Notes under the pieces: generated by a model
Told to the model about the DNA's origin: nothing
Seen by the model: the letters and a program-made list of their open reading frames with translations, nothing else
The model's database searches: none
Shown: piece after piece, positions 61,117 through 64,000 of the stretch
How the letters are laid out: each line of letters starts with the position of its first letter
How positions within the stretch are numbered: position 1 is the stretch's first letter
Translations under genes and position numbers: made by a program
Assembly: GCA_964019425.1 (NCBI GenBank)
Contig: OZ025792.1
Span: forward strand, 930,001 to 994,000
DNA length: 64,000 bases
From: Flectonema sp. DT1601
Lineage: Eukaryota
Reading direction: 5' to 3'

Positions 61117-62164
61117 TCAGTCTATTTGTAAAGGAACACCTGTAGTCCTAATCAGAAAAACAATGTCTCCCATTAAAACCCTACTATGAATCCATTCCAG
61201 AGGCTGGATCAGACTCACCTCTCATGTGTGATGTAAAACGCTGTATTATTATTGTTTGTTTTTTTTCCTTCTTTTATTTTGCCTTTACCTAAAAGGCTTT
61301 TAGGCAAAAATAATAATAATAATAAATTATAATATTTAAAAAAAAAAAAAAAAAACATACCCACAAACAAGCCTTCAAGAATGATAAAATGGTAAGGAGT
61401 ATAAACCCCACAGTGTAAAAAATACGAGTACCTATTGGCTTACTAGAATCGGTGATAATTGCCTTTGTTCCATCAGCAGTATATCCAAGAACAGGGTACT
61501 CATGATACGCTGTACGAGAAGCAGCAACAGAAGCTGCTGCTGCTATCTTGTCAATATCTTTGTGAAGTTTTTGACGAGCCTCAGCAACAGTTCGAAGTTG
61601 GCTGTATTCTCCTACTTTATGTGCGATGGCGTCAAAAACAACACCGAGGTCTTCGTGAACCAAATCTAATTTATTTCTAATATCGTTTGATAAGATTGAA
61701 TTAGTCTTGTTGTATGTGTTCTGTAGTAAAGTAAGTTGCGCAGTTCCCCAATCAGGTATTTCTGAAATATGAAACTTTTCTTCTGCGAAGTCATGAGCTT
61801 TTCCTGCTGCAGCTCCAGCAATCATTGTGAGGTCCGTGACGCCCCATGAGACCAGTCGACTTATTCTTTCATAAAGCTGCATCACTCTGCTTATAATTTT
61901 CAAATCATCTTTATGTTTAATGCTAAGTTCGATAAGCATTTGCATAACAACTTTCATCTTTTCTTCCATTACTCCCAGTTGTGTTGATACTAATTCTTTC
62001 AATTTTACATTTTTTGAACTGCTTGCTTGACCGTTGATGTCTTCTACAGACTTAAGAAGTTCATCAAGTCTAAGAGAATACTTCTCTATCTCTTCTTGTA
62101 CAGTTTTGATGTCTGCTGGAAGCCCTGATGATGATGGAGAGCTTTGATTCGACGACGTCGACAT
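61117..62164 (-). CDS. Coiled-coil protein with C-terminal TM helix (tail-anchored-like), spliced 3' end uncertain
   Basis: Exon 1 (62164-61361) ends at a GTATGT donor after FLKACLW. It continues either through exons 61240-61219 and 61139-61117 or through 61288-61274. Confidence 0.6.
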
Positions 62165-62272
62165 ATTGTGTTGTGTGTTCCCCTCCCTCTCTTTGACAAA
62201 TAAATTTTTTTCTTTTTTTTTTTGCTCAATTATTAAAAAACAGTTTTGTAGTCAGAAAAAAAGAAAAAATTA

Positions 62273-63781
62273 CTAAACCAAAGCATCAAATAAGAAATGA
62301 ACAGCCGTGAAGAACAACAGATGCGGAAGAGTTAACCACTGAGGATGTAATGACAACTGACATAATAATCCTGTTATGGATATTGATAGCAAAGGAAGGA
62401 AGTCAGAAGAGTAAAGCCATGCTAAAGATGCAACACCAACAAAGACACGAATAGCCTTCGGAATTATATCAGACGTCAATTCAATCTTCTCTGTAGTTCT
62501 AATCATCATCTGCAACAGTCCCAAACTCAGTAGCATACCAACAACAACAATTGACGCTTCAGGATTGAACCACAACACTTGAAGTGCTCCAATAAGAGGA
62601 AACAACGTGTGTGTTTCTTTTACCTTCACTATTCCTGTGAAGAATTCCAACAATAATATCAAACAAATTAAAACCCATATTCCCTGAGAACTGCTATCAG
62701 CAAGTATTAATATTGAACAAATAGCAGAAGCAACCTTTGGTGAGAACAACGATGTCCCAGCAACACCAATATAAACGATGAATTGCTCTACAGAAATTTG
62801 TGAAAATGGAGAAGAAGTAATACTTAGAATCCAGGGAAACCAAATTACAAATATTAAAATTAACACAAACGTTGAAAGTAAATTTTCTCGTAGTCGAACA
62901 GGTATTCCATCCAGTGGGTCAGTTGCTTTCTTTTGATAATCATTATCAACTTTCTTATGTAATTTTAAAATCTCCTCCATAGAAGGAAGCTTTGAATCCA
63001 TTGAAGGGACTGGTAGTGTCGCAGGTCTGACGGGTTCTTCTTTTTTTTCTTCTTCACCAAGAAGTTTTGCAAACAGTTCGTTTTTATTAGAATCCCACAT
63101 ATAACCCAAAGACGATCTAAGTACCGGACAGAATAGTGTTGCTGAAAGAATTGACCATCTGGTTAGGAATTGGACATCAAGAGTTTCAGAATCTATTCCA
63201 CAAGAAATAATTGAAGCAATTAGAGGAGCGAGAACTCGTAAGTTAGTGGTGTCAATAACAGTACCAGATCCTTGTGAATAGATTGTGAGTCCTAAACAGA
63301 TAACACCTGCCCATAGTGGAGCAGTCGATTGCAGTACTAATGTTTCTACTAATGATAATGTGATACCTGCTCCAGCTACAAATATTTCAGCTCCTCCTGA
63401 CAACGGTCCAACAGTTCCACAACTAAATCTATCACACACTCGCAACCCACACAGCAACCAACTACACAAACTAATACCAACATGTGATGTACGTGGTACA
63501 TTTACTATTTGCATAATACTTAAAGGTCCTATTAGTATTCCCATGCTTTCAGTTTTCGATGGGTTTGCTATCCACCAGGTTTCCCATCCTGGCATACGAT
63601 CTTCTTCATTTGCAACATTATAATTTACCGACGTAGACTGTGAGAAACACAGACCCGCCAATCCAGCAATATTAAGTGCTCTCAGCCATTCACCCTGCAA
63701 CATGAGTCCAACACATCCTAATAGTAGCGCAGCACTACACATCAGTACGGAGGATTGATTTGCTCCAACCCATTGCACCAT
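62273..63781 (-). CDS. Polytopic membrane protein of unknown function
   Basis: 502 aa with two blocks of many hydrophobic segments separated by a charged loop (EEEKKEEP...). No family recognised. Confidence 0.75.
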   Translation of the reverse strand: MVQWVGANQSSVLMCSAALLLGCVGLMLQGEWLRALNIAGLAGLCFSQSTSVNYNVANEEDRMPGWETWWIANPSKTESMGILIGPLSIMQIVNVPRTSHVGISLCSWLLCGLRVCDRFSCGTVGPLSGGAEIFVAGAGITLSLVETLVLQSTAPLWAGVICLGLTIYSQGSGTVIDTTNLRVLAPLIASIISCGIDSETLDVQFLTRWSILSATLFCPVLRSSLGYMWDSNKNELFAKLLGEEEKKEEPVRPATLPVPSMDSKLPSMEEILKLHKKVDNDYQKKATDPLDGIPVRLRENLLSTFVLILIFVIWFPWILSITSSPFSQISVEQFIVYIGVAGTSLFSPKVASAICSILILADSSSQGIWVLICLILLLEFFTGIVKVKETHTLFPLIGALQVLWFNPEASIVVVGMLLSLGLLQMMIRTTEKIELTSDIIPKAIRVFVGVASLAWLYSSDFLPLLSISITGLLCQLSLHPQWLTLPHLLFFTAVHFLFDALV

Positions 63782-64000
63782 TTTGTTAGTGTTAGTCTCT
63801 GATAGTATATATCAAGTCAGGTGTCCTAAGGCAAGCTCACGTAGAGCATAAGAGTAACGTATTGTGTTGAATGAGAAGTGAGTACAACATCATTCCCTGC
63901 ATTAAAAAACTAGAAAATTAAAAAAAATTGCGGAAAAGACAATGAATCGCTCTTACCTCATTAAACGTACGTATGTTCTTTTTATTCTCCCTTTTTTTTT

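Noticed and set aside
5057..63623. Plus-strand ORFs overlapping the long minus-strand genes
   Set aside because: Antisense shadows with no recognisable motifs.
1..64000. Spliced-leader RNA, tRNA, rRNA genes, telomeric repeats or stop-codon reassignment
   Set aside because: None was recognised by eye. Long genes read through with the standard code and end at TAA, TAG or TGA. A covariance-model scan would be needed to exclude small RNAs.

Overview
AT-rich eukaryotic (protist) DNA with many long A/T homopolymer tracts. All 16 credible host protein-coding genes lie on the minus strand. Most are single-exon, and a few have short GT-AG introns. Many start codons have an AG splice-acceptor-like site 0-22 nt upstream. 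This layout suggests a euglenozoan, most plausibly a diplonemid (inference). Recognisable genes: a Kelch-like protein, STRAP (3 exons, rebuilt by hand), a CE2-like SGNH esterase, PI-PLC with two extra C-terminal Tudor-like domains, a dual-specificity phosphatase (3 exons), an EF-hand/IQ protein, MOCS3/UBA4, a 3953-aa VPS13, TBC1D32/BROMI and a plant-type FKBP12, plus several orphan or membrane proteins. A 2.3-kb defective Mutator-like element (53037-55380) has modular Foldback-like TIRs, a 9-bp TSD, a broken transposase and an antisense cargo frame. A second, diverged copy of that cargo lies near 1.4-1.7 kb. Several short dispersed repeat families occur in the intergenic DNA. I found no convincing multi-gene novel system. 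The best leads are the MULE and its cargo, the PLC-Tudor fusion and the duplicated VPS13 tail motif. All homology calls come from motif recognition, not database searches.
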